A stretch of 64,000 nt of DNA, taken from positions 352,001 through 416,000 of the forward strand of contig CAWCRS010000007.1 of the NCBI GenBank assembly GCA_963798085.1. Direction: 5' to 3'. The notes beneath the pieces were generated by a model, which had not been told where the DNA came from, made no database searches, and saw only the letters and a program-made list of their open reading frames with translations. Numbering within the stretch: position 1 is the stretch's first letter; the number at the start of each line of letters is the position of its first letter. This document shows, piece after piece, positions 52,924-62,131 of the stretch. Source of the stretch: an uncultured Gemmatimonadales bacterium (GTDB lineage Bacteria > Gemmatimonadota > Gemmatimonadetes > Longimicrobiales > RSA9). The position numbers and the translations under genes were made by a program.

Positions 52924-53815
52924 CCTGCACCGTTTCCGCGATCATCGCGTCCAGCGTGGCGAAGCTGTGGCCGGGCGCGAGCGCCTGCGCATCGCTCGCC
53001 GCCGCGCCGTCATTGGCAAACGCGGCCAGCTGGCCGGCGCTGATGGGCGCAACGCCCGGCGCCATGCGATCCAGCCACGCCAGCGTGCTGCGCAGGGCCT
53101 GCAGGGGCAGGTGCACGGCGCGCGTCTCACGGCCGCGCAGCGCCCGCTGCAGCCTGCGCAGCAGCGCTTCCATGGTCAGCACATTGCGGCCGCCGAGGTC
53201 CAGCGTTTCCTGCCGGAAGCGATCGGCCTGCAACAGCGCACGCAGCACCGCGGCGACATCGGCGACGTGCACCGGCTGCACGCGCACCCGTCCATCGCCG
53301 AACACGGGCAGCAGCGGCAGTCCGGCGAGCGAGCGCAGCCGCCGGCCAATGGCCGAGCCCCGGCCCAGCACGATCGTGGGCCGCACAATTGTGCTGCGCA
53401 ATTCACTGGCGAGGACCAGCGCCTCGGCGCGCTGCTTGGCGATGGCGTAGGGGTAGTAGCGTTTGTCCTGATAACCGGCTGCTATCGAGCTGACGAAGAG
53501 GAAGCGCGGCACGCCCGCCTCGGCACACGCGCGCAGCAGCAATGCCGTACCATCGGCGTTGACGCGCAGGTGCTCGCTCATGGGCGCCTTGCCCACCACC
53601 GCGGCGAGGTGCAGCACGGCATCGGCGCCGGCGAGAGCGGGATGCCAGGTGTTGCTGTCGAAGAGGTCGGCGCGCACGACGCGCAGGCGGGGATTCTCCG
53701 CCAGCGTGGTGCCGCGCGTCAGTGCGGTGACGGACCAGTCCGTGTGCTCTGCCAGCCCCTGCAGGAAGGCGCGGCCCAGGAAACCACTGGCGCCCGTGAC
53801 GAACAGCGCTCGCAT
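52916..53815 (-). CDS. NAD-dependent epimerase/reductase (SDR)
   Basis: FVTGASGFLG, VLHLAA, SSIAA and YAIAK motifs; GGAGG RBS. Confidence 0.88.
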   Translation of the reverse strand: MRALFVTGASGFLGRAFLQGLAEHTDWSVTALTRGTTLAENPRLRVVRADLFDSNTWHPALAGADAVLHLAAVVGKAPMSEHLRVNADGTALLLRACAEAGVPRFLFVSSIAAGYQDKRYYPYAIAKQRAEALVLASELRSTIVRPTIVLGRGSAIGRRLRSLAGLPLLPVFGDGRVRVQPVHVADVAAVLRALLQADRFRQETLDLGGRNVLTMEALLRRLQRALRGRETRAVHLPLQALRSTLAWLDRMAPGVAPISAGQLAAFANDGAAASDAQALAPGHSFATLDAMIAETVQDG

Positions 53816-53835
53816 GGACGCCGTTCGTCCTCCGG

Positions 53836-54738
53836 TCAGGCCTGGTCCGACTGGGCGCGCGGCGACAACGGCCCGGCGCGGTACGACTCCGCCAGCCGGG
53901 TGCGCGCCGACGCGCTCATGCCGCGCGAAATGGGAGAGCGCCAGAGGAACCAGCGCACGCGACACACACCCTTGATGTCATCCCATGCCGTGCGCGCGAT
54001 CTTCACGCGGCTGTCGTCGTCTTCGATCCACAGCACGGGCACGTCCTTGATGCGATAGCCCCACTTCTCGGAGAGTGTGAGCAGCTCGGTGTCGAAGAAC
54101 CACGACTGGTCCTTCACGTGCGGCATCACGTGCTCGACCACGCGCCGGCTGACTGCCTTGAAGCCACACTGCGCATCACTGAACGTCGTGCGCAGCACAC
54201 TCTTCACAATGAGGTTGTAGGTGCGCGAGATCACTTCGCGCTTGAAAGAGCGCTGCGTCTGCGATTCGCGCATCAACCTCGAGCCGGTGGCCAGGTCATA
54301 GCCTTCGTACAGAATCGCATCGACAAGACGGGGCAGTGCCGGCAGCTCGGTCGACAGGTCGACATCCGTGTAGCACATCACATCGGCATCGCTGCGTGAC
54401 CAGGCCTGGCGCAGCGCCCGGCCGCGACCGCGCTGGTCGAGATGCACGAAGCCCACATCGGCATAGCGCCCGGCGAGCGCCTGCGCTATGCGATCCGTGC
54501 CATCCTTCGAGCCGTTGTCCACCACCACGACGCGCCAGCGATGGCGGAGATTCTGCCGCAGGAATTCGCGCACCGTCTCCACGCTCTTCTCCAGCACGTG
54601 CGCTTCGTTGAGCACGGGGATCATCACGTCCACGGAGAAACCGGTGGGCTGCGCCGGCCGATCCGTGACCATGTCGGCAAGTATGCCGCGGCCACCGGAG
54701 GACGAAGATTCGTTCATTGGCTTCTGCTCAGAATGCAT
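53836..54738 (-). CDS. GT2, dolichyl/polyprenyl-phosphate glycosyltransferase-like
   Basis: IPVLNE, DNGSKD.T, GRGRA, DVDLST, DAQCGFKA and WFFDTE motifs. Confidence 0.9.
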   Translation of the reverse strand: MHSEQKPMNESSSSGGRGILADMVTDRPAQPTGFSVDVMIPVLNEAHVLEKSVETVREFLRQNLRHRWRVVVVDNGSKDGTDRIAQALAGRYADVGFVHLDQRGRGRALRQAWSRSDADVMCYTDVDLSTELPALPRLVDAILYEGYDLATGSRLMRESQTQRSFKREVISRTYNLIVKSVLRTTFSDAQCGFKAVSRRVVEHVMPHVKDQSWFFDTELLTLSEKWGYRIKDVPVLWIEDDDSRVKIARTAWDDIKGVCRVRWFLWRSPISRGMSASARTRLAESYRAGPLSPRAQSDQA

Positions 54739-54754
54739 GCTTCTACCACCGGAC

Positions 54755-56371
54755 TCAGGTCGACGCGGGCGCCACCGCCCGCGGGACATGACCTCGCCAG
54801 ATGAGCCAGATCACGACGCCGGCCAGCAGCAGCAACGGCAACGGCGAAACCTCGGCGGGCACCCACGCACGGAACATCTGCATGCGCGACAGCGTGGTGA
54901 GCGCCGGCAGCTGAAAACCCCCTGTCAGCACACTCGCGACCGGTCCCAGCACGCCCAGCGCGTGCCAGATCTCACGGTTCATGGCCATGCACCAGTTCAA
55001 GGTGATGGAGACCACGGACAGGCCCAACACGGCGGCACGCGGCAGCCGCAGCAGTACCAGAGCAGCGGGCAGGAACAGGAACGGAATGCCCGGCGTCATG
55101 TAGCGAACACCCGTGTTCCACTGCAGCCGGCTGTAGTTGTTGCCCGCAAAGAAGACCCAGAGTCCGATGAACAGCAGCAGACAGGCCCATTTTTCGAGCG
55201 TCGGCAGATCCGGCCTGCCGCGGCGCAGGAAGGGCGCGAGGAAACCCAGCAGCAGTACCGGCGCACAGGTGAAGATACCGAAGCGCAGATCAAAGCCCAG
55301 CGAGAACAGCAGGGAAAACTGCGGCATGCTGTAGCCCTGATAACCAAGATCGATGTACTCGACCGGCGGCATCCACGCCTGTCCCGGCAGGAACGGATTC
55401 CCGAACGAACGCCACTGGTAGAGCCAGAGCAGGAACACGGGACCGAGCGTGCCCAGCACGTAGAGCGCGCCATAGCGCAACGCATTACGCCGTGTTCCGT
55501 CCGCCAACTGCTTCGCGAGTGCGTACGCGAACAGGCCCAGGAGAAACACGACACCGCTGTAGTCGAACAGCATGGCCGTGCCGCCCGCGACACCCGCCAG
55601 GAAATGACGCGGGCCGGGCGCGGGCTTGTCGTTCGCAGCCGGATTCCACAGTGCGAAGAACCCGGCAAACGCAATGTGGCCCAGCATCAGGTTGTGATTC
55701 AGAAAGCCCGTGCGGAAGAATACGGGCGTGCCGAACGCGTAGAGCAGAGACAGCCAGAGCGCCGTGCGATCATCGCGCAGCACGGAGCGCAGCGCGAGAA
55801 AAATGAGCACCACACCCAGCGCGGAGCCGGGCGCCATGAAGAATGCGTGTGTCACGAACGCCGCCAGACCCAGCTTCACATCGAGATTCCGACGATAGGT
55901 TTCCGCGAAGAATTTCTCCGACCGGGTGCGCGGCGAATCGAATGCAGGCGGCACTGTGTCGCCTCGTGCCAGCCGGCCGGCGCGCACCTTCGCCACCACG
56001 CGATCGATCACGGGCCGCGCCAGCGCGTAGGGAATGGCCGCTAACATTGAGACGCCGGGATTGTTGCCAATGTGCCAGCCGTAGCCGGGCTTCTCGAACA
56101 GGTCCGGGTGCAGGTTGGCGTACTCGTCCAGACGGAACGTGAAGTGATCACCCAGCGCTACGGCCGGATAATGCTCGCGCACGATGTCCGTGGCGAAGTG
56201 CAGGCCGTATACGATCCAGCACGTGAAGAACAGCCGCCAGCCGAGTGACTTCGCGGTCATGCGCAGAGGTGCGCCGTCGCCGCTTTCCCGCTTCCGGGCG
56301 ACATCACCTTCAAGCACCCCACTCGTTGAGAAACGCGGGCGCACCGAGCCAGCTGCCACTCGCACGTTCAC
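54755..56371 (-). CDS. Multi-pass membrane protein, probable GT-C fold (start 56371 or 56260)
   Basis: TM1-loop REHY, YAFGTP, YQW..FGNPF, GIF...P and RY..P..P motifs. Confidence 0.6.
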   Translation of the reverse strand: MNVRVAAGSVRPRFSTSGVLEGDVARKRESGDGAPLRMTAKSLGWRLFFTCWIVYGLHFATDIVREHYPAVALGDHFTFRLDEYANLHPDLFEKPGYGWHIGNNPGVSMLAAIPYALARPVIDRVVAKVRAGRLARGDTVPPAFDSPRTRSEKFFAETYRRNLDVKLGLAAFVTHAFFMAPGSALGVVLIFLALRSVLRDDRTALWLSLLYAFGTPVFFRTGFLNHNLMLGHIAFAGFFALWNPAANDKPAPGPRHFLAGVAGGTAMLFDYSGVVFLLGLFAYALAKQLADGTRRNALRYGALYVLGTLGPVFLLWLYQWRSFGNPFLPGQAWMPPVEYIDLGYQGYSMPQFSLLFSLGFDLRFGIFTCAPVLLLGFLAPFLRRGRPDLPTLEKWACLLLFIGLWVFFAGNNYSRLQWNTGVRYMTPGIPFLFLPAALVLLRLPRAAVLGLSVVSITLNWCMAMNREIWHALGVLGPVASVLTGGFQLPALTTLSRMQMFRAWVPAEVSPLPLLLLAGVVIWLIWRGHVPRAVAPAST

Positions 56372-56466
56372 GATGTGATTCGATCATCCCATCAAGGCTA
56401 GCCGCGCCGAGGCGCTCGCCACAGCGAAGGAGGAACCGATTCGACAGCGCGGCGCCACCGCCGAAG

Positions 56467-56482
56467 GGCATTTACCGCGCCA
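56467..56482 (-). promoter_or_regulatory. Candidate sigma-54 promoter
   Basis: Minus strand TGGCGCGGTAAATGCC. Confidence 0.45.
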
Positions 56483-56670
56483 TCTCCAGAGGCTTCGGCG
56501 GCCTCTCTGTAGAGGGGAAACGCAGGCCGCGATCGCGTCATCCAGCGGTCACCTTGTCGCGCCGGCGCTGCACGTGATGCGCCTCGGGCGCAGGGGAATT
56601 CGCCGGCCTCCTGGCTGCCATCGAAAAGACGCGGGCGGGGGTGACGCAGACACAGGATGCCCATCGTCGC

Positions 56671-58089
56671 TCAATCTTCTACCACGTGCGTGGCGAAGAT
56701 CTGACGGTAGTCATGCCAGCGGTTTTCGTCGAATCGACCATCCCGCAGACAATCCACTGCGGCGTATGCCATGTACAGGGCGTGGTGCGTGTTATCGTGC
56801 GCGAACAGGCCTTGCCGTCCATAGCTGAGAAAGCCGGGCAACTGCTCGACCCAGCCATCGAGCGCCTCGAAATGGCGCTCGTATCCATGGCGATAGATGG
56901 GATACGCATGGCGCAGCCGGCGGGCTTGCACACCGACGGGCGGGCGAGGCAGCGGAACGCCTGCGCGCTCCAGGTCCGCAGCCACCAGCTGGCCCAGCTC
57001 CGCATCCGACATGCGCCAGCGCTCGTCGTCGGCAGCGCAGGGGAGCTCGGCGCAGAGCGTGGTGCCGCGCAGTTCCGTGCGGACCGCGTAGTTCTTGGGC
57101 TCGGAGAGCCGTGTGATCGCGATGTTCGCGGCCGGGAAATAGTGCGCGTCGTATTCCGTGAACTGGTCCACATCGAGCGTCAGATACACGAGGATCATGG
57201 CGCGGTATGCGATGGAAGCGGCCGCGTCCGTGACGCGGGCGGGCGCGACCGGCTGCACCAGACGTGTGAGCAGCGAGACCGGCACCGTCGACCAGACGTA
57301 CTCCGCCTGCAGCTCGGTGACGTCATCTCCTTTCCGGGCGACGACGTTCCAGCAACCTGCGTCGTCGTCACGCCGCAGCTCGGTGACCTTCCAGCCGAGC
57401 ATCATCTGCGCACCCGCCGTACAGGCCGCCGCCGCGTACGCCTCGCTGATCTGGCCGTAGCCGTTGCGCGGATAGAAGAAGCGGCCGGCGCCGGGCGGCT
57501 TGAGTCCCGGCACCGAGCTGAGCACCTTGCGGATGAGCTTCGTGAACGATGCCGCCGACACGCGCCGTTTCGCCTGGATGGGCGAGAGCGCATCCGGATC
57601 CTCGCCCCAGATCTTGCGGGCGTACGGGAAATAGAACTCGCGACAGATCGTGGGCCCCAGACTCTGCCACAGCACGGACGCGAAGCTCTCGGGCGAGCCG
57701 TTGCGGACGTACGGCTGCTTGCGCACGCGATCCAGCAGTGTGCCCGCCGCGAAGGGCGGATCCAGGTGCAGCAGCAGGTCCACCGGCTTGAGCGGGAAAT
57801 GGATCCAGCGGCCGCGCAGACCGATGCGGCCGTGACGGGGACGATCGAGGAGATCGTCGCCTAACAGACTCTTGATATCCTGCATGACCGCGGCATCACA
57901 CGCGGGGTGCAGGCGGTGGCTGCCGAAGTCCACGCGCTGAGCGCCGATCTCGAAGCTGCCGGCGAGACCGCCCACGCGTTCATTCTGCTCGATCACCGTG
58001 ACGCTGGCCTTGCCTTCGCGGCGCAGCTTGTACGCGGCGCCCAGGCCGGCCGGCCCCGCGCCGAGAATCAGAACGCGCGGCTCAGCCAT
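56671..58089 (-). CDS. FAD-dependent oxidoreductase (HemY/UDP-galactopyranose-mutase-like)
   Basis: ILGAGPAG, DFGSHRLH, KIWG, F.YP..GYGQ, AYP.Y and GRQG.F.H.N.HH motifs. Confidence 0.85.
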   Translation of the reverse strand: MAEPRVLILGAGPAGLGAAYKLRREGKASVTVIEQNERVGGLAGSFEIGAQRVDFGSHRLHPACDAAVMQDIKSLLGDDLLDRPRHGRIGLRGRWIHFPLKPVDLLLHLDPPFAAGTLLDRVRKQPYVRNGSPESFASVLWQSLGPTICREFYFPYARKIWGEDPDALSPIQAKRRVSAASFTKLIRKVLSSVPGLKPPGAGRFFYPRNGYGQISEAYAAAACTAGAQMMLGWKVTELRRDDDAGCWNVVARKGDDVTELQAEYVWSTVPVSLLTRLVQPVAPARVTDAAASIAYRAMILVYLTLDVDQFTEYDAHYFPAANIAITRLSEPKNYAVRTELRGTTLCAELPCAADDERWRMSDAELGQLVAADLERAGVPLPRPPVGVQARRLRHAYPIYRHGYERHFEALDGWVEQLPGFLSYGRQGLFAHDNTHHALYMAYAAVDCLRDGRFDENRWHDYRQIFATHVVED

Positions 58090-59062
58090 GATTGCGGCCT
58101 CCCGATGCGAGTACGACCGGTCGCGTGGCATCAGCCCAGCGCACGCCCAGACCGCGCCCTGTGACCCACCAGTAGAGGCCGCCCAGCAGGCCGCCCACGA
58201 TAATGATCGACTGCCAGATCAGCGACGCCACCACGCCCAGTGCCATCGGTACGCCGAACGGCACCAGCAGGCCACCCAGCGTGGCATCACGCACGGCCAG
58301 CCCCCCCACCGAGAGCGGCACCAGCGCCGCCAGCTTGGCCAGCGGCCAGACCAGGAACCAGACACCCAGCGGCACATCGATGCCCAGCGTGCGGCCGATC
58401 CAGTAGTTGAGCACGACGAAGCCCGACTGCATGCCGATCGATATGGCAGATGCGGTGAGCGCGGCGCTGCGGTCGCGGCTCAGATAACGCAGTGCTACCA
58501 GACTGCGCCCCACCCGCCTGCGGAACCGCCGAGGCCAGCGGCGCAGCGGCAGGCGCAACAGCACGAGGACCATGGCACCGACGGCGACCGCGGTGAGCAG
58601 GAGCCCCACGCGCAGCAGCATGTCGCCCCATGCGGGTAGCGAGCCGCGCGCCAGCACAGCGCCCACGGCAAGCAGGATCGCCGTGGTCAGGATGTCCATC
58701 AGGCGATCCGCAATGCTGCCCAGAATCGTTGCCTCGGGACGACCCGTCGCCCTGGCCGCGAGCGCGGCGCGGATCACGTCGCCTCCGACAATGCTGGGCA
58801 GGCAGGTGTTCGCGAACACGCCGACGAAGTAGAAGCGCACGGCATCGCGCGATTGCAGGTTCGCGCGGCCGGCATTCACCAGGCGGCGCCACTTGCTCGC
58901 GCCGAAACGATGACCCAGCAGGAACCCCGCGAGCACGCCCAGCCACACCAGCAGTGACATGCGCGAGATGGCCTCGCGTACCTGCTCCCACGGCAGGAAG
59001 TAGAAGAGCCCCACCAGCAGGCCCACACTGACCAGAATCTTGATCCAGAGCTTGAGCTTCAC
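58082..59062 (-). CDS. Lysylphosphatidylglycerol-synthase TM domain (UPF0104) flippase-like protein
   Basis: KW..L, F.N..LPS..GGD..R, DRL.D and P.S.GGL..R motifs. Confidence 0.85.
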   Translation of the reverse strand: MKLKLWIKILVSVGLLVGLFYFLPWEQVREAISRMSLLVWLGVLAGFLLGHRFGASKWRRLVNAGRANLQSRDAVRFYFVGVFANTCLPSIVGGDVIRAALAARATGRPEATILGSIADRLMDILTTAILLAVGAVLARGSLPAWGDMLLRVGLLLTAVAVGAMVLVLLRLPLRRWPRRFRRRVGRSLVALRYLSRDRSAALTASAISIGMQSGFVVLNYWIGRTLGIDVPLGVWFLVWPLAKLAALVPLSVGGLAVRDATLGGLLVPFGVPMALGVVASLIWQSIIIVGGLLGGLYWWVTGRGLGVRWADATRPVVLASGGRNHG

Positions 59063-59099
59063 AGGCCTCGAAAGTTGAGGTTCGACGGCGCCGCGGGGT

Positions 59100-59115
59100 G
59101 GCAAGGAGCGTACCC
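59100..59115 (-). promoter_or_regulatory. Candidate sigma-54 promoter
   Basis: Minus strand GGGTACGCTCCTTGCC, about 38 nt upstream of the GTG at 59062. Confidence 0.45.
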
Positions 59116-59434
59116 CCCGACTTCAACGGCGACCACGTTTCTGGGGCGGGGGCTTGGGCTGGTTGCTGGGGAACTGAGCCGCAGGCCTGCGGGCGGGCTG
59201 GCTTCGGCGACCATCGCTGTGCGTAGACTGTCCAGTCGGCCGGATTCTCGCCGCGTGGCGGCCCAAAGCGGCCAGGCAACCAGCTCCAGGATACGCAGTC
59301 AAATCCGTTCCCGAGCAACCAGCCCGAGCCCCAGTCCCCAGAAACGGCGAAGCTGTGGCAGCGGTGCAGCAGGACTGACGGAACCGCGGGACACTGGGTG
59401 AGCAGTGAAGCGTCTTTCCTCCCGGCGAGGGTGA

Positions 59435-59450
59435 GGGCACGGGGTTCGCG
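59435..59450 (+). promoter_or_regulatory. Candidate sigma-54 promoter
   Basis: GGGCAC-GGGGT-TCGCG upstream of the carbamoyltransferase. Confidence 0.35.
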
Positions 59451-59575
59451 CTCGGGAAAGGGTCGCGCAGGACACCGGAAGCGGGCGCCGGCGAGGGCGC
59501 AGGTCGGAGCGACGCGTCTGCCCGGATCTTGCAACGCGGCAGGCGACTCTCTGGCAGGGACCCGGGAACGAACGC

Positions 59576-61411
59576 ATGGTGAACGAAAAGCCGGTCTGGA
59601 TCCTCGGCCTCTCCGCCTTCTACCACGACAGTGCCGCGTGCCTGGTGCGCGATGGCGAGATCGTGGCGGCGGCGCAGGAAGAGCGCTTCACGCGCAAGAA
59701 GGGCGATTCCGATTTTCCCGCGAACGCCATCGCATACTGCCTGTCGGAAGGCGGAATCCGCGTCGAGGACCTGAGCTATGTCGGCTTCTACGACAAGCCG
59801 CTGCTCAAGTTCGAGCGCATCCTGGAGACCTACCTGGGCACAGCGCCGCGCGGTTTCGCCTCGTTCCTGAAGGCCGGGCCGGTGTGGATCAAGGAGAAGC
59901 TGTACCAGGAGAAGACGATCCGCGATGCGCTGGGCTGGAAGGGACCGCTGCTGTATGCCGAGCACCACGAGTCGCACGCCGCCAGCGCGTTCTTTCCTTC
60001 GCCTTTCGATGAGGCGGCCATTCTCACGATTGACGGTGTGGGCGAGTGGGCTACGGCGTCCCTGGGTGTGGGTCACGGCAACGACATCGAGATCCTGAAG
60101 GAACTGCGCTGGCCGGACTCGCTGGGACTGCTCTACTCCGCGTTCACCTACTACACCGGATTCAAGGTCAATTCCGGCGAGTACAAGGTCATGGGCCTGG
60201 CGCCCTACGGCGAGCCGAAGTACGTCGACCTGATCTACCGCGAGCTCCTCGATCTGCGCGACGACGGGTCGTTCACGCTGAACCAGAAGTACTTCAACTA
60301 CCTGACCGGCCTCACCATGACCAGCGAGGCCTTTAACGAGCTGTTTGGAGGACCGCCGCGCGTGCCCGAGACCAACCTGACGCAGCGCGAGATGGACCTG
60401 GCGCGCTCCGTACAGGAAGTCTGCGAAGAGATCATGCTGCGCATGGCAGGGAGCCTGCACCGCGAAACCGGCATGCGCAACCTGTGCATGGCGGGCGGCG
60501 TGGCGCTCAACTGTGTGGGCAACGGGCGCCTGCTGCGTGAGGGACCGTTCGAGCGCATATGGATCCAGCCCGCCGCCGGCGACGCGGGCGGCGCACTGGG
60601 TGTGGCCGGCCTGATCTGGCACCGCTACTGCGCCAAACCCCGTGTTATCAACCCCGGCCTGGACTCGATGCAGGGCGCCTACCTCGGGCCGGCGTTCAGC
60701 GAGGAGCAGATCGAGGACTACCTGCGCTCCGAAGGCGCCGTGTACCGGCGTCTCGATCGCGACGCGCTGCTGCACGAGGTGGCCGGCCTGCTGGCGGAGG
60801 AAAAGGTCGTGGGCTGGTTCAACGGTCGCATGGAGTTCGGGCCGCGCGCGCTGGGCGCGCGCAGCATCCTGGGCGACCCGCGCTCACCGCGCATGCAGGC
60901 ACAGCTCAACATCAAGATCAAGTTCCGCGAAGGCTTCCGTCCGTTCGCGCCCAGTGTGCTGGCGGACCGCGTGAACGAGTGGTTCGAGCTGGATCGCGAG
61001 AGTCCGTACATGCTGCTGGTAGCGCCCGTGAAACAGGAACGGCAGATCCCCATGACCAGCGAGCAGCGCAGGCTCTGGGGCATCGACATGCTCAACGTGC
61101 CGCGCTCCGACATCCCGGCCGTGACCCACGTCGACTACTCCGCGCGCATCCAGACCGTGCACCGCGACACCAATCCGGATTACTACGACCTGATCCACGA
61201 GTTCGAGCGCCTCACCGGCTGCCCGGTCGTGGTCAACACGTCGTTCAACGTGCGCGGCGAGCCGATTGTGTGCTCACCCGCCGACGCGTACCGCTGCTTC
61301 ATGCGAACCCACATGGACTACCTCGTGCTCGGCCCGTTCCTGCTGGGCAAGGAAGTGCAGAAGGAGTGGGAAGAGAAGACGGACTGGCGCATGCAGTATC
61401 AGCTGGACTGA
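59576..61411 (+). CDS. O-carbamoyltransferase (NodU/CmcH/SxtI family)
   Basis: YHDSAA, EERF.R.K, HH.SHAAS, DGVGE, EYKVMGLA.YG, GGVALNC, EFGPRALG.RS and NTSFN motifs. Confidence 0.95.
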   Translation: MVNEKPVWILGLSAFYHDSAACLVRDGEIVAAAQEERFTRKKGDSDFPANAIAYCLSEGGIRVEDLSYVGFYDKPLLKFERILETYLGTAPRGFASFLKAGPVWIKEKLYQEKTIRDALGWKGPLLYAEHHESHAASAFFPSPFDEAAILTIDGVGEWATASLGVGHGNDIEILKELRWPDSLGLLYSAFTYYTGFKVNSGEYKVMGLAPYGEPKYVDLIYRELLDLRDDGSFTLNQKYFNYLTGLTMTSEAFNELFGGPPRVPETNLTQREMDLARSVQEVCEEIMLRMAGSLHRETGMRNLCMAGGVALNCVGNGRLLREGPFERIWIQPAAGDAGGALGVAGLIWHRYCAKPRVINPGLDSMQGAYLGPAFSEEQIEDYLRSEGAVYRRLDRDALLHEVAGLLAEEKVVGWFNGRMEFGPRALGARSILGDPRSPRMQAQLNIKIKFREGFRPFAPSVLADRVNEWFELDRESPYMLLVAPVKQERQIPMTSEQRRLWGIDMLNVPRSDIPAVTHVDYSARIQTVHRDTNPDYYDLIHEFERLTGCPVVVNTSFNVRGEPIVCSPADAYRCFMRTHMDYLVLGPFLLGKEVQKEWEEKTDWRMQYQLD

Positions 61412-61673
61412 GCGCGGTAAGGAAGCACAAGCCCGACGCCCGGAGGCGGCGGGCCCTTCACGAGCAGAGAGCGACCGAGCGCGGCAAGGAAGCACAAGCC
61501 CGACGCCCGGAGGCGGCGGGCCCTTCACCAGCAGAGAGCGACTGAGCGCGGTAAGGAAGTACAAGCCCGACGCCCGGAGGCGGCGGGCCCTTCACCAGCA
61601 GAGAGCGACTGAGCGCGGTAAGGAAGCACAAGCCCGACGCCCGGAGGCGGCGGGCCCTTCACGAGCAGAGAGC
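61406..61673. repeat. Four tandem 67-bp direct repeats, each with an internal GC hairpin
   Basis: Units start at 61406, 61473, 61540 and 61607. Consensus GACTGAGCGCGGTAAGGAAGCACAAGCCCGACGCCCGGAGGCGGCGGGCCCTTCAC(G/C)AGCAGAGAGC. Units 1 and 4 are identical. Confidence 0.97.
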
Positions 61674-61680
61674 GGGTAAC

Positions 61681-62121
61681 ATGAGTGCTGAGGTGGTAAC
61701 AGGCGTGCAGTCCCATGCGGGTCACGCGGGCGGCAAGCCCATGACCGCGGCCGAAGGACGCAAGTTCGGGCTGGTGGTGGGCGGCGCCTTTCTCGCGTTG
61801 ACAGCCGTGTTGTGGTGGCGCGGTCGCGAGACCACAATGCTCGTGACCGGCGCGCTGGGCGTGCTGCTCTTCGTCGGGGGACTGATCGTGCCGCGTCATC
61901 TCGGCCCTGTGCAGCGCGCCTGGATGCAACTGGCGCTGCTCATCTCGAAGGTGACCACGCCGATCTTCATGGGTGTAGTATTCTTCCTGGTGATCACACC
62001 GGCCGGCGTCCTGGCGCGCGCCTTCGGGCACAAGCCGTTGCTGCGCAAGCCGGTCGCGAGTGCATGGGTTGCGCGGCCCGAGCCCGCGTCCCGGCGCAGC
62101 AATCTGGAACGCCAATTCTAG
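61681..62121 (+). CDS. SxtJ-family membrane protein
   Basis: RKFGL, P..L.P..RAWM.L, ITP.G...R..G and ERQF C-terminus; follows the carbamoyltransferase. Confidence 0.82.
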   Translation: MSAEVVTGVQSHAGHAGGKPMTAAEGRKFGLVVGGAFLALTAVLWWRGRETTMLVTGALGVLLFVGGLIVPRHLGPVQRAWMQLALLISKVTTPIFMGVVFFLVITPAGVLARAFGHKPLLRKPVASAWVARPEPASRRSNLERQF

Positions 62122-62131
62122 GAACTCGACG

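Noticed and set aside
52916..59062. Hopanoid (hpn) tailoring cluster
   Set aside because: The SDR, GT2 and UPF0104 families overlap with hpn genes, but no squalene synthase/cyclase or radical SAM genes are present.
61406..61673. CRISPR array
   Set aside because: The units are contiguous near-identical 67-mers with no unique spacers, and no cas genes are present.
61266..61679. Repeat-encoded peptide ORFs across the 67-bp array
   Set aside because: The unit length is not a multiple of three and the ORFs overlap the carbamoyltransferase out of frame.
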